NCBI GenBank assembly: GCA_977020255.1
Contig: CDROCS010002422.1
Coordinates: 124,001-188,000, forward strand
Origin: Obrimoposthia wandeli
Taxonomy: Eukaryota
DNA: 64,000 nucleotides
Reading direction: 5' to 3'
The notes under the pieces are model-generated. The model was given only the letters and a program-made list of their open reading frames with translations. It did no database searches and was not told where the DNA came from. A program made the translations under genes and the position numbers. Shown one piece after another: positions 41,103-51,879 of this stretch; position 1 is the first letter of the stretch, and each line of letters opens with the position of its first letter.

Positions 41103-41357
41103 CAAAATAGTGATCAACAGGTAATTTCTACTATGTGTATATAAAATAGCCAGCGAAAATACCAATCAATATAAGTGGATACTGCTGTGCTATTTCACTT
41201 ATCTACAAGGTAATAATAGTTAGAAAGCGGCAGATATACTCAACAACTTAGCTATTGCTAAACGATAAATTCTCATTAAACAAAGGCATGGAAGCTCTTA
41301 ATACGTCCAGCTCTTTACATGTCTACAAACTTGAATTTTAACCATGTGGGGAATACG

Positions 41358-42380
41358 ATGAAAAAAACAATTATCGCATCAATGATCAGCACCATCGCCT
41401 TAGCCAGTGCATTTAGCTTGCATGCTCAAGCGAACACTAGTGCTTGCCTTATTACAAAAACCGATACCAACCCGTTTTTTGTGAAAATGAAGCAAGGTGC
41501 TAAAGCAAAAGCTAAAGAGCTAGGGATTAATCTTAAAACCTATGCTGGAAAAATTGACGGTGATTCGCAAAGCCAAGTAGCCGCTATTGAAACTTGTATC
41601 GCCGATGGTGCTAAAGGCATTTTGATTACTGCATCAGATACCAGCGGTATAGTGCCTGCTGTAAAGCAAGCGCGTGCTGCTGGTCTACTAGTTATTGCCT
41701 TAGATACACCATTGCAACCAATTGATGCAGCAGATGCTACTTTTGCGACCGATAATTTTTTAGCCGGTGAGCTAATTGGAAAATGGGCAGCCGCTTCTTT
41801 AGGTGATAAAGCAAAGACGGCAAAAATTGCCCTACTCGATTTAGCGGTGAGCCAGCCATCTGTTGGTGTTTTACGCGATCAAGGATTTTTAAAAGGTTTT
41901 GGTATAGAGCTAGCGGATCCGAACAAATGGGGTGATGAGAAAGACCCGAGAATTATTGGACATGAAATAACAGGGGGTAGTGAAGAAGGTGGGCGCAAAG
42001 CGATGGAAAATTTACTCGCCCAAGATTCAGCTATTAACGTGGTTTACACAATCAATGAGCCTGCCGCTGCCGGGGCTTATCAAGCGCTCAAAGCATTTGG
42101 TAAAACAGATGGGGTATTAATTGTATCCGTTGATGGAGGTTGCCCCGGGGTGCAAAACGTCGCTGAGGGCGTAATCGGTGCCACATCGCAACAATATCCA
42201 TTGCTCATGGCTTCTAAGGGCATCGAAGCCATTGCAACTTGGGCAAAAGATGGTACGAAGCCGGCTAATACTGTGGGTAAGAACTTTCATGATACAGGTG
42301 TTAGTTTAGTCACTGATGCTCCCGTTGAAGGTGTTGAATCTATTGATACCAAGGAGGGCAAAGCAAGGTGTTGGGGGTAA
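41358..42380 (+). CDS. frcB: Sugar ABC transporter substrate-binding protein (fructose FrcB-like)
   Basis: Signal peptide, then [25 protein letters not shown] and [10 protein letters not shown]. Likely start ATG 41358. Confidence 0.85.
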   Translation: MKKTIIASMISTIALASAFSLHAQANTSACLITKTDTNPFFVKMKQGAKAKAKELGINLKTYAGKIDGDSQSQVAAIETCIADGAKGILITASDTSGIVPAVKQARAAGLLVIALDTPLQPIDAADATFATDNFLAGELIGKWAAASLGDKAKTAKIALLDLAVSQPSVGVLRDQGFLKGFGIELADPNKWGDEKDPRIIGHEITGGSEEGGRKAMENLLAQDSAINVVYTINEPAAAGAYQALKAFGKTDGVLIVSVDGGCPGVQNVAEGVIGATSQQYPLLMASKGIEAIATWAKDGTKPANTVGKNFHDTGVSLVTDAPVEGVESIDTKEGKARCWG

Positions 42381-42423
42381 ACTGTAATACATAACAAGTA
42401 TTTGTCAGAAACACTTGCGGACA

Positions 42424-42458
42424 TTAGCGGTAATTTTATGACTTAAGATTACCGCTAA
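42424..42458 (+). terminator. Stem-loop after frcB (attenuator or mRNA stabiliser)
   Basis: ttagcggtaat...attaccgctaa, an 11-bp perfect stem extendable with a G-U pair. Confidence 0.55.
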
Positions 42459-42610
42459 GGAAGTAGCGAACAAGTCCCAGACACCTCGTAGGATGGATCT
42501 CTAAGCGGTCAACTCTTTTGTCAGTACGCTGATAAAGGACTGGCCATTCACTGCAGATTTAACTGCTTAGTTATCCACAGGGAACATCTGCGGACTTATT
42601 CGCTACTTCC
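42459..42610. mobile_element. MITE family D, IS5-derived (152 bp)
   Basis: TIR GGAAGTAGCGAA(C/T)AAGTCC matches 18/19 between the ends and resembles the IS5 end GGAAGGTGCGAACAAG. The 4-bp TSD CTAA fits the IS5 YTAR target. Confidence 0.88.
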
Positions 42611-42676
42611 CTAATATTCCATTAGGTTTTATTATCTGCTGTTCTATACTTTTACTGGCATTTAATTAGTATTACT

Positions 42677-42827
42677 CATTGCTGTCCGGTTAAAAAGTGT
42701 AAGTTCTCTAACCCTTTGGTTTGTGGTTTTCTAGCACAGGTAATTGGATTTTTTAACCAAATAATACTTGTGGAGAACGTGAAATCAATGAGTTACAGAA
42801 CAACAAAAATTAAACCGGACACTAATA
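42677..42827 (-). mobile_element. MITE family A, copy A5 (151 bp)
   Basis: Reverse orientation, with a perfect 9-bp TSD agtattact. Confidence 0.9.
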
Positions 42828-42869
42828 AGTATTACTAAAAAGCTTACTTGCTTTCTATTAGGATTAGCC

Positions 42870-43937
42870 ATGACCCAATCCACCAACAGTAACGGACCTG
42901 CATCATCTGTCAATAGAACTGAAACTGTCGCAAATTTTGAGACGCAAAAGCGTAGCTTTACTAGTAATATTCAGCACAGATTGCATCGCACTCCCTCACT
43001 TGTCCCTTTAATTGTTCTAATTATTTCAATTACTGTATTTGGTATATTGTTAGGTGGTAAATTCTTTTCCCCTTTCGCACTCACACTTATACTGCAACAA
43101 GTAGCCATTGTCGGCATTGTTGGCGCGGCACAAAGCTTGGTGATCCTAACAGCGGGTATCGATTTATCAGTTGGTGCTATTATGGTGCTATCCTCGGTGA
43201 TTATGGGACAAATGACATTTAGTTATGGTCTACCTCCAAGTCTAGCGATCGCGATAGGCTTATCTAGTGGCGCTTTATTAGGCTACATTAACGGCGTTTT
43301 GGTCGCTTTTATGCGCCTCCCTCCTTTCATCGTTACGCTGGGGATGTGGCAAATAGTACTCGCCAGTAACTTCTTGTACTCCGCTAACGAAACAATACGC
43401 AGCCAAGATATTGAAAAAACAGCGCCATTATTCCAGTTTTTTGGCGAAAAAATTCAAATAGGCAGCGCTGTCTTTACCTATGGTGTGCTTCTCTTTGTAT
43501 TCATCGTATTACTGCTTACCTATGTCTTAAATAACACCGCTTGGGGGCGCCATGTTTACGCGGTAGGGGATGATCCAGAATCAGCAGAGTTAGCAGGTGT
43601 TCAAACTAAAAAAATCATTGTATCGGTCTATATGCTGGCCGGTTTGATTTGTGCATTCGCAGGCTGGGCTTTAATAGGTAGAATTGGCTCTATTTCGCCC
43701 ACCTCTGGTCAGTTTGCTAACATCGAATCTATCACGGCAGTGGTCATTGGGGGTATTTCACTCTTTGGCGGGCGCGGCTCAATTATGGGTATGTTATTTG
43801 GCGCTCTGATCGTTGGTGTATTCTCATTGGGATTACGCCTCATGGGGACTGATCCCCAATGGACTTATTTATTAATTGGAGTGTTGATCATCAGTGCTGT
43901 GGCGATTGATCAATGGATTAGGAAAATTTCATCATGA
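42870..43937 (+). CDS. frcC: Sugar ABC transporter permease
   Basis: Motifs ILTAGIDLSVG, LPPFIVTLG, GRHVYAVGDD and GGISLFGGRG. Confidence 0.85.
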   Translation: MTQSTNSNGPASSVNRTETVANFETQKRSFTSNIQHRLHRTPSLVPLIVLIISITVFGILLGGKFFSPFALTLILQQVAIVGIVGAAQSLVILTAGIDLSVGAIMVLSSVIMGQMTFSYGLPPSLAIAIGLSSGALLGYINGVLVAFMRLPPFIVTLGMWQIVLASNFLYSANETIRSQDIEKTAPLFQFFGEKIQIGSAVFTYGVLLFVFIVLLLTYVLNNTAWGRHVYAVGDDPESAELAGVQTKKIIVSVYMLAGLICAFAGWALIGRIGSISPTSGQFANIESITAVVIGGISLFGGRGSIMGMLFGALIVGVFSLGLRLMGTDPQWTYLLIGVLIISAVAIDQWIRKISS

Positions 43938-44701
43938 GCCAAGCTATTCTAAGTGTGCGTAATTTGGTTAAGCGTTACGGGCGAGTCACTGCACTAGACA
44001 ATTGTGATTTTGATTTGTATCCGGGGGAAGTACTAGCTGTTATTGGGGATAATGGTGCCGGAAAATCGACCCTTATCAAGGCTCTGTCCGGAGCTGTAAA
44101 ACCTGATTCAGGTGAAATATATCTAGAGGGAAAGAGTATTAATTTTAGCACTCCGTTGGCCGCTCAAGCAGCGGGTATTGAAACGGTGTATCAAACCTTG
44201 GCACTTTCCCCTGCACTATCAATTGCAGATAACATGTTTTTGGGCAGAGAACTTCGCAAACAAGGTATTTTGGGCAGTGTTTTTCGCCAATTAGATCGCA
44301 AAAAAATGCAGCACCTCGCCAGAGAAAAGCTTTCACAGCTAGGCTTGATGACAATTCAAAATATTAATCAGACCGTGGAAACACTCTCTGGCGGTCAGCG
44401 TCAAGGAATATCAGTCGCAAGAGCGGCCGCTTTTGGCTCAAAGGTGATTATTATGGATGAACCCACCGCCGCACTGGGCGTAAAGGAATCACGACGTGTT
44501 TTAGAGCTCATTTTAGAAGTTAAAGCTAAAGGCATCTCTATTGTATTGATCTCGCATAATATGCCGCACGTATTTGAAGTTGCCGATAGGATACACGTAC
44601 ACAGATTAGGCAGCCGTTTATGTACTTTGGATCCTAAAGAGCACAACATGTCTGATGCTGTCGCTTTTATGACCGGTGCCTTAACACCTGATAATCCATA
44701 A
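43934..44701 (+). CDS. frcA: Sugar ABC transporter ATPase (single domain)
   Basis: Motifs GDNGAGKS, LSGGQRQ and MDEPTAALG. ATGA overlap with frcC. Confidence 0.87.
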   Translation: MSQAILSVRNLVKRYGRVTALDNCDFDLYPGEVLAVIGDNGAGKSTLIKALSGAVKPDSGEIYLEGKSINFSTPLAAQAAGIETVYQTLALSPALSIADNMFLGRELRKQGILGSVFRQLDRKKMQHLAREKLSQLGLMTIQNINQTVETLSGGQRQGISVARAAAFGSKVIIMDEPTAALGVKESRRVLELILEVKAKGISIVLISHNMPHVFEVADRIHVHRLGSRLCTLDPKEHNMSDAVAFMTGALTPDNP

Positions 44702-44928
44702 TACAGCTATGAATTTCTAATGAAACATCAGCATAACTTCTGCTTTTAATAATGCGCCTTTTAAAATCGACTCTATATGCTTATTTACATCAACAATGCC
44801 CATACAAAGAGGCACAATAGCTTCGCCATGCTGGCGGTTATTTTCTCGTTTTAATGGCTCACTACGTTATTCAGGACTTTCATAAACGAACAATTTTTAG
44901 CTTAATTATCAAAAAAAACAAGGAAAAA

Positions 44929-45582
44929 ATGCAACCAAAAAACACATCTTCCCTAAGTGAAATAGCACTATTTCTCGAACAAAAAGTCACTGGATTCGAT
45001 AGATTCATATTGGCGATAGCCGGTGCTCCAGGATCAGGAAAATCAACTCTAGCTTGTGAGTTACAACAAGCTTTGACAAGTATTAATCCTCTGCTTTCAA
45101 GCCAAATAGTCGCCATGGACGGATTTCATCTAGATAACGTAACTTTAACTAATAACCAGCAATTACCTTTCAAAGGCGCACCTCACACCTTTGATGTAAA
45201 TGGTTTTTCTCTGTTGTTAGCACAACTTAAGAAACAGCAGAATGAACGACAAAAAATCATCTTAGCACCCTTTTTTAACAGAGATATCGAAGAGGTCATT
45301 CCTAATACTGTGCCTATAAGTATAGATACTAAAATAATAATCGTAGAGGGAAACTATCTGTTGTTACAACAACCTCCATGGGACCAACTGGTAAGCTATT
45401 TTGACTGTAGTTTATTTATCAAAAGTGATAAAGCTATATTAGAGCAACGGTTAACACAGCGCTGGCTTGATCAAGGATTTGATCTAGCTAGCGCTCAATG
45501 TAAAACAAGAGAAAACGATTTAGTGAATGCTGATCTTGTTGAGCGGCACTCTCGAAGCGCTGATATTGTCTTTATGCAGTAG
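44929..45582 (+). CDS. frcK: P-loop kinase, FrcK/YggC-like putative fructokinase
   Basis: Motifs IAGAPGSGKST, MDGFHL, KGAPHTFD and VEGNYLLL. Lies after frcA as in frcBCAK. Likely start ATG 44929. Confidence 0.7.
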   Translation: MQPKNTSSLSEIALFLEQKVTGFDRFILAIAGAPGSGKSTLACELQQALTSINPLLSSQIVAMDGFHLDNVTLTNNQQLPFKGAPHTFDVNGFSLLLAQLKKQQNERQKIILAPFFNRDIEEVIPNTVPISIDTKIIIVEGNYLLLQQPPWDQLVSYFDCSLFIKSDKAILEQRLTQRWLDQGFDLASAQCKTRENDLVNADLVERHSRSADIVFMQ

Positions 45583-45599
45583 TTATTTTTTCACTCAAT

Positions 45600-47711
45600 T
45601 TAGTGTATCGGCGTGCTGGCAGGAGGTAAATGTGTGCCTTGGGCGCAATAAAACACTTTTTTATTCAATAATTGAGTAAACTTTCGACCACTCAATGGCT
45701 TACTATAATAATAACCTTGCATTTGAAAACAGCTATTTTCTAGCAAAAAGCTGGATTGCGTTTTGGTTTCAACACCTTCTGCCACCACATTTAAATTTAG
45801 GCTTTTTGCCATTGAAATAATTCCTTTGATAAGCTCGTCGTCGCTACTATCTATACTGATATCTTTAATAAAAGATTGATCTATTTTTAAGGTAGATATC
45901 GGGAATTTTTTTAAATAGCTTAAAGATGAATACCCAGTCCCGAAATCGTCAATGGCCAGGGCCACGCCCATATCACGGATATTGTTGAGTTGATTCATCA
46001 CTTTATCATCATCAGCCATTAGTAAGCTTTCGGTAATTTCAATCACTAAACGCTGTGCATCTAAACCACTCTCTTTAAGTGCATTCTTAATTAACAAGGC
46101 AACATCTGTACTTTGAAATTGTCGAGAAGATATATTCACCGCTATATTCAAAGGACCATTTAAACCAGGCTGCCAAGTCGCGGCGGCTAAACAAGCGTGA
46201 CGTAACACCCACTCTCCAATATCTAAAATCAACCCTACTTCCTCTGCTAAAGGAATAAACTGGGCAGGCGAAACCGTCCCCAAATGTGGATGATTCCAAC
46301 GGATCAGTGCTTCAGCACCCGTAATTGACTGGTTCTTGACATTAACAATGGGCTGAAAATTGAGATAGAACTCATTATTTTCAACTGCCTTGTAAAGCGC
46401 TTTTTCTAACTCTCTGCGCTGGTTAGCCTCGACATCCATTTGCTGTGTAAAATACTGGCAGTTATTTTTTCCCAACGCCTTTGCCTTATACATTGCGCTA
46501 TCTGCTTTGCGTAATAAGGTTTCGCAGTTGTCACCATCTTCCGGGTAAATTGTTATTCCAATACTCGCAGAAACAAAGGCATCATTACCTGATAATCGAA
46601 AAGGATCCGCCAAGCTTTTCAAAATACGCTGGACAATTAAATCTATATTTTTCAGCTCAGTGATATCTGACAAAATAATTGCGAACTCATCCCCACCAAA
46701 GCGTGCTGCTGTATCGTTTTCACGTAATACATCCACGAGTCTTCTCGATGCTTCTTGTAGTAATTCATCGCCGATAGAGTGTCCTAATGTATCGTTGATA
46801 TGCTTAAAACGATCTAAATCTAAAAATAATAAACCTACTAGCGTATCATTACGCTGGGCTCTTTTAAGTGCTAGGGCAAACCGTTCTAGAAACAGGTTAC
46901 GATTTGCCAGCTTAGTCAAGCTATCAAAGTTGGCTTGATAAAATACTTTTTCACGCGACTTTTCAGCAGATAATTGACTGCTTATTAGCTCTATCTCAGT
47001 TTCTTTATGCTTTTCAATAGCACTTTTAAGCTCGCTATTACTCTCTCTTAGCTCTTTAGTTCTCGTATAAACTCGCTCTTCTAGTGTCCAGCGCAATTGC
47101 AGTAATTTCTTGTTGTTGCGAATAAGATAAAAAACCATCACTAGACCTAAAATAAAGGTCGCTATTATATACATCACTGAATGACGGTAACTTTCGTAAG
47201 ATTTTAATTGTTGAGTAATCGCTGTTTCGCGGTCGAGATAGCTGCGAGATAATTGATAACTATGTGCTTCGCTTATTAACCGTTTGAATATATCGTGTAC
47301 TTGATTGATACTGTCTTGGGTAACATTTGGTTGAGTGTATAGTAGATTGTCGATCAGATTAATATCATTGCTTAGGGCTTGTACCTTAAAACCATCTGCC
47401 ACAATGATCTTGCCCAAGCTTCCCGTCTGCATTTGCTCAACCCGACTCCATAAAATATCAAACCATTTATTAAAACCTTGGGGGCTGTTAATCATTGTTA
47501 CCGGTGAATAGGTTGCCAAAAATGTACTGTTAGTGCGTGATAGCTCATATTGATACTGGCGCATATAAAATACTAACTCAGACTTATCGGAACTAACTTC
47601 TAAACTAGAGATACGCTTAAACAACATCACTGAGCTAATGATGCTTAATGTCATTATAAGCAATAAAAAAAATGAGAGTAAGTAAGGAGTTTTAGACGTA
47701 TTACTATTCAT
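45600..47711 (-). CDS. Dual GGDEF-EAL diguanylate cyclase/phosphodiesterase with a periplasmic sensor (DcpA-like)
   Basis: Two TM helices around a periplasmic region containing WFDILWSRV, an intact GGDEF, AEALIRW and DDFGTGYSSL. Confidence 0.9.
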   Translation of the reverse strand: MNSNTSKTPYLLSFFLLLIMTLSIISSVMLFKRISSLEVSSDKSELVFYMRQYQYELSRTNSTFLATYSPVTMINSPQGFNKWFDILWSRVEQMQTGSLGKIIVADGFKVQALSNDINLIDNLLYTQPNVTQDSINQVHDIFKRLISEAHSYQLSRSYLDRETAITQQLKSYESYRHSVMYIIATFILGLVMVFYLIRNNKKLLQLRWTLEERVYTRTKELRESNSELKSAIEKHKETEIELISSQLSAEKSREKVFYQANFDSLTKLANRNLFLERFALALKRAQRNDTLVGLLFLDLDRFKHINDTLGHSIGDELLQEASRRLVDVLRENDTAARFGGDEFAIILSDITELKNIDLIVQRILKSLADPFRLSGNDAFVSASIGITIYPEDGDNCETLLRKADSAMYKAKALGKNNCQYFTQQMDVEANQRRELEKALYKAVENNEFYLNFQPIVNVKNQSITGAEALIRWNHPHLGTVSPAQFIPLAEEVGLILDIGEWVLRHACLAAATWQPGLNGPLNIAVNISSRQFQSTDVALLIKNALKESGLDAQRLVIEITESLLMADDDKVMNQLNNIRDMGVALAIDDFGTGYSSLSYLKKFPISTLKIDQSFIKDISIDSSDDELIKGIISMAKSLNLNVVAEGVETKTQSSFLLENSCFQMQGYYYSKPLSGRKFTQLLNKKVFYCAQGTHLPPASTPIH

Positions 47712-48219
47712 TAATATCTAACGCTATTAGCTGCCAAACGGAGCGTGAATAATACTTACCTTTATTTAAAATCTTGTGATCTGACCATGGATAAATAACC
47801 CAAATTGGTCCTTTTGTGCGCATCGTTAATGCTTGACCATTTTTCTCTAATGCGAGAATAACGTCATATGCTTTAATATCTACAAAAGGAATTTCAACAC
47901 CATATTCGTTACTAGCAATCGCTTGTACATTTCGTCCAGTACCTTTTGCCAGTGTAATAACATCCCGAATTAATGGGCCTTTGAACTCTATCACTCCCTC
48001 TGTCCAACGAGTTGTAGTATTAATGGTTTGTTGAGGTAATGCTTTTAGCTGTGCAATACTCAATAATAAAGTACCTTGTTGATTAGTTTCTTTAATATTA
48101 CCCGTTACTGTTAAAGCCACTTCACTGGGTAAAGGTAGCTCAATGTTGGGTTGTGAATACGCTAAGTTATAAGCGAACAAGCAGATTAACGTGCTAAATA
48201 TTTTGTGAAACATATGCAT
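47704..48219 (-). CDS. Periplasmic molybdopterin-oxidoreductase-fold protein lacking the Mo-ligand Cys (PruR-like pterin-binding protein)
   Basis: Signal peptide, LTVTGNI, TTTRWTEG..FKGP, A.NEY and R.KGPIWVIYP/VWQL. Overlaps the GGDEF-EAL gene by 8 nt. Confidence 0.72.
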   Translation of the reverse strand: MHMFHKIFSTLICLFAYNLAYSQPNIELPLPSEVALTVTGNIKETNQQGTLLLSIAQLKALPQQTINTTTRWTEGVIEFKGPLIRDVITLAKGTGRNVQAIASNEYGVEIPFVDIKAYDVILALEKNGQALTMRTKGPIWVIYPWSDHKILNKGKYYSRSVWQLIALDINE

Positions 48220-48582
48220 CCAGGTGGCTTAATCCGTAGCAGCCACGCTTAAGTTATGTTTCTGGCTTTCCTGCTGAAACAGACAATAGTTAAATAAGAA
48301 TCAACATTATGATTATTTTTCAACCAGTGTACATTCAAAAAAAAGAACAAGCGTTTATATCTTCCCTTTTATAAACATATTTTAACGCAAACTATTAATT
48401 AGCTTAGTAATTTTTTTACTCTTGATTATAAATTTTTTAGCCCACAATGTGTGCCGTACAACTGATAAGGAAGTCAAAATAGTGAGGGTTAATATATTTC
48501 AGAGACTCGTAAGCAGAGCCCAGAACAATAATCTACTAGAATAAAAGCGTAGCGGTATCGTTTTGGGCCTGTTAACTTGAGA

Positions 48583-49647
48583 CTAACCTACTTTAGCAGA
48601 CAACTTACCTAACTCATAAGCCGTTGCCATGTCTTCAAGACTTATAGCCGTTATCTTACTGGCCTGCCCAGCTGCTCCAAAAGCCTGATACCGATCAATA
48701 CAAATATCACGCATCGCAACAATCGTGGCGTTTAGGAATTTGCGAGGATCAAACTCTGCTGGGTTTTCTGCTAAAAACTTACGCACGGCGCCTGTTGAAG
48801 CTAAGCGTAAATCGGTATCTATATTTACTTTGCGCACTCCATACTTTATACCTTCAACAATTTGCTCAACTGGAACCCCATAAGTTTCGGGTATTTTACC
48901 GCCAAACTCATTGATTACAGCTAGCCATTCTTGTGGCACTGAAGATGATCCATGCATTACTAAATGCGTTCCTGGAATACGCTGGTGAATCGCTTTAATA
49001 CGATCTATTGCCAAAATATCCCCGGTAGGCGGGCGAGTAAACTTATAGGCGCCATGAGATGTTCCACAGGCAATAGCGAGTGCATCAACTTGAGTTTTAG
49101 CTACAAAATCTGCCGCTTCATCAGGATCAGTCAACATTTGCTCCATTGACAACTTACCTTCAGCACCAACACCGTCTTCTTCACCTGCTTCGCCCGTTTC
49201 TAATGAGCCCAGGCAACCTAGCTCACCTTCAACAGATACACCACAGGCATGCGCCATCTCCACTGTACGGCGGGTTACTTCAACATTGTATTCATAAGAA
49301 GACGGGGTCTTGCCGTTTTCTAGTAAAGAGCCATCCATCATTACTGAAGAGAAACCCATAGCAATTGAGCGCTGGCAAATGGCTGCAGAAGTACCGTGAT
49401 CTTGATGCATACAGACAGGAATATGCGGAAATTCAGCGGTTGCCGCTAAAATCATATGCCTTAGGAAGTTAGATCCGGCATATTTACGAGCACCTGCTGA
49501 TGCTTGAACGATGACAGGAGAATCTGTTCTATCTGCGGCTTCCATAATGGCGCGCATCTGTTCAACATTATTTACATTAAAAGCGGGAATACCATAATTG
49601 TATTCTGCTGCATGATCCAACAGTTGACGCATAGAGATCAAAGCCAT
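48583..49647 (-). CDS. fba: Class II fructose-bisphosphate aldolase
   Basis: Motifs [38 protein letters not shown] and KVNIDTD. Confidence 0.96.
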   Translation of the reverse strand: MALISMRQLLDHAAEYNYGIPAFNVNNVEQMRAIMEAADRTDSPVIVQASAGARKYAGSNFLRHMILAATAEFPHIPVCMHQDHGTSAAICQRSIAMGFSSVMMDGSLLENGKTPSSYEYNVEVTRRTVEMAHACGVSVEGELGCLGSLETGEAGEEDGVGAEGKLSMEQMLTDPDEAADFVAKTQVDALAIACGTSHGAYKFTRPPTGDILAIDRIKAIHQRIPGTHLVMHGSSSVPQEWLAVINEFGGKIPETYGVPVEQIVEGIKYGVRKVNIDTDLRLASTGAVRKFLAENPAEFDPRKFLNATIVAMRDICIDRYQAFGAAGQASKITAISLEDMATAYELGKLSAKVG

Positions 49648-49897
49648 TTCACATTACCTTTCATTTTGAGTAACAAATTATACCAGACACCCTGTATTGT
49701 TTATCTCAGGAGCCTCAGAGAGAAAAGGCGATATTCTAACAGACTGTAATAGAGAAATTCATCCAAGTGCACCCTATTTTTCTTTATTTTTTACCTTATA
49801 ATTTATTTAACGATAGTAATTGATTATAGAGCGAACGTTACAGGCAAAGAATAGAGGATAATGATAGGCACTAGCTACTTCAACAGTAAAGCTCAAC

Positions 49898-51676
49898 CTA
49901 AAGCGGCCATACATACATCACTAAAGGAACGGCAATAATGATAATGATAATATCTAACGGTAAACCCATTCGCCAATAGTCGCTGAACTGATAGCCGCCA
50001 GGACCCATGACCAATGTATTTGATTGATGACCAATAGGTGTCATGAAAGCGCAAGAAGCTCCTATTGCAACAATCATAAAGAAGGGATCTGGATTGACTT
50101 GTAATCCTTGCGCGATGCTATAAGCAAGCGGAGCCATAACCACAGCGGTAGCGGCATTATTTATTACATCCGACAACCACATAGTAAGGATGAGTAGCAC
50201 CCCAATAACAATATAGACTGGTAACCCAATAGTAACTTCAAGTAATTGCTGCGCAGCTAATGCCGTTAAACCTGTTTGTTCTAATGCTTTTCCAACGGGT
50301 ATCAGCGCTGCTAATAAGATAATCACTGGCCAATCTATCGCATCATATAAATTGCGGACCGGTATTAAATCTAGCAATACGTAAACTAGCACTGCCAATA
50401 CAAACACAATAGCTAAAGGTAATATTTTCAATACGCCTAACGCTATTGCAGCTGCGAATATAGTGAGAGCTATGGCGACCTTTCTGTTACCGCCTAATGC
50501 CAAGTTACGCTCTGCTAAAGGAACCATTCCTAACTCTGCAAGCTGCTCCTCGACGCTATCAGCAGCACCTTGCAATAATAATATATCGCCTGCTCTAAAG
50601 CTTTGCTTGCGAATCCTGCGCTGTACACGTCGTCCTTGGCGGGCAAAACCTACTAATGCTAATGAGCTGTTACTTCTGCGGCGTAAAAAAGGAACACCTC
50701 TACCTTCAAGACAAGAACCGCGCTTAATAACCCCTTCGACTAACGTCAAATTACCTTGTGTTAGCTGTACAAACTTTTTATCTGCGCTGGTAATTAGTTC
50801 TAAATCATTTTTATCTAACAACGGCTGTATTTCAATAGGGTCTGCCTGCAATATTAAGATATCGCCAGCTTTTAAACGCTGAAAACGCTTCATGGACATC
50901 GTTTCTCCATGGCGATGTGCGATACCAACTACTTCAACATTTCCCTCCTCTAAGCCTATGATTGCTTCTGCCCTTTGCCCAACTAACTCGGATTTTTCAC
51001 TGATAATAACTTCAGTTAAATAATCATCTATGGCAAATAACTGCTCTGGCGCACTGCGGTTCATCCTAGCTGTTGGTATTAGGCGCCAACCGATTAACCC
51101 TATAAACAATACCCCTACCAAAGCTATCACTATTCCAACAGGTGAAAAATCAAACATACTAAAAGGCTCACCAGATATTTCAGCGCGCATCATGGCAATA
51201 ATTATATTTGGTGGGGTACCAATTGCTGTCGTCATTCCTCCTAGTATACTGCCGAATGCCAGAGGCATAAGTAAGATAGCGGGGGAGCGATTATGTTTAG
51301 CGCAAGTTGTTATTGCTACGGGTAGCATAAGTGCTAAAGCGCCAACATTATTCATAAAAGAGGAAGCTATGGTAACCACTGCTGTTAGCAACAGTATGTG
51401 ACCTAGCAAGTTTTTCGTGTAGGGTAATAAAGCTTGCGCAATGATATCAACCACACCACAACGGCGCATAACATCAGAGATCACTAACACAGCTGCTACT
51501 GTAATAACTGCAGGGTGACCAAAACCTGTAAATGCTGATTCTGCGGAAACTAAGCCCGTCAACACACAGCTGCTTAAAGCGAGGGCCGCTACGATATCGT
51601 GGCGATATTTTCCCCAGATAAACAGAGCCACTGTAAGCACTAAAATCGCGGTAATTAGTTGCTGTTCAAATGTCAT
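49898..51676 (-). CDS. SLC13 family permease with TrkA-C (RCK-C) domains
   Basis: Motifs GFGHPAVITV, SSFMNNVG, TAIGTPPNII and AFMTPIGHQSN, with a central soluble TrkA-C region. Confidence 0.9.
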   Translation of the reverse strand: MTFEQQLITAILVLTVALFIWGKYRHDIVAALALSSCVLTGLVSAESAFTGFGHPAVITVAAVLVISDVMRRCGVVDIIAQALLPYTKNLLGHILLLTAVVTIASSFMNNVGALALMLPVAITTCAKHNRSPAILLMPLAFGSILGGMTTAIGTPPNIIIAMMRAEISGEPFSMFDFSPVGIVIALVGVLFIGLIGWRLIPTARMNRSAPEQLFAIDDYLTEVIISEKSELVGQRAEAIIGLEEGNVEVVGIAHRHGETMSMKRFQRLKAGDILILQADPIEIQPLLDKNDLELITSADKKFVQLTQGNLTLVEGVIKRGSCLEGRGVPFLRRRSNSSLALVGFARQGRRVQRRIRKQSFRAGDILLLQGAADSVEEQLAELGMVPLAERNLALGGNRKVAIALTIFAAAIALGVLKILPLAIVFVLAVLVYVLLDLIPVRNLYDAIDWPVIILLAALIPVGKALEQTGLTALAAQQLLEVTIGLPVYIVIGVLLILTMWLSDVINNAATAVVMAPLAYSIAQGLQVNPDPFFMIVAIGASCAFMTPIGHQSNTLVMGPGGYQFSDYWRMGLPLDIIIIIIAVPLVMYVWPL

Positions 51677-51821
51677 CGCTAAGCAAGTCTCTATTTTGCT
51701 CTGAAATTACACTTTAGTGCATCGACCCATTGTTAGCAATCTAACAACAAGCATAGCGCTATTTTTTGAAGAATTAAATGAATCAGTCTAATGGGGAATT
51801 GTAAACGGATAGGAAATGTCT

Positions 51822-51860
51822 TTAATACACAATGTTTTCTTAGTTAACGTTGTGTATTAA
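51822..51860. terminator. AT-rich hairpin after the ABC permeases
   Basis: ttaatacacaatgtt...aacgttgtgtattaa. Confidence 0.45.
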
Positions 51861-51879
51861 CAATTGCAGTGCTTAGTTC

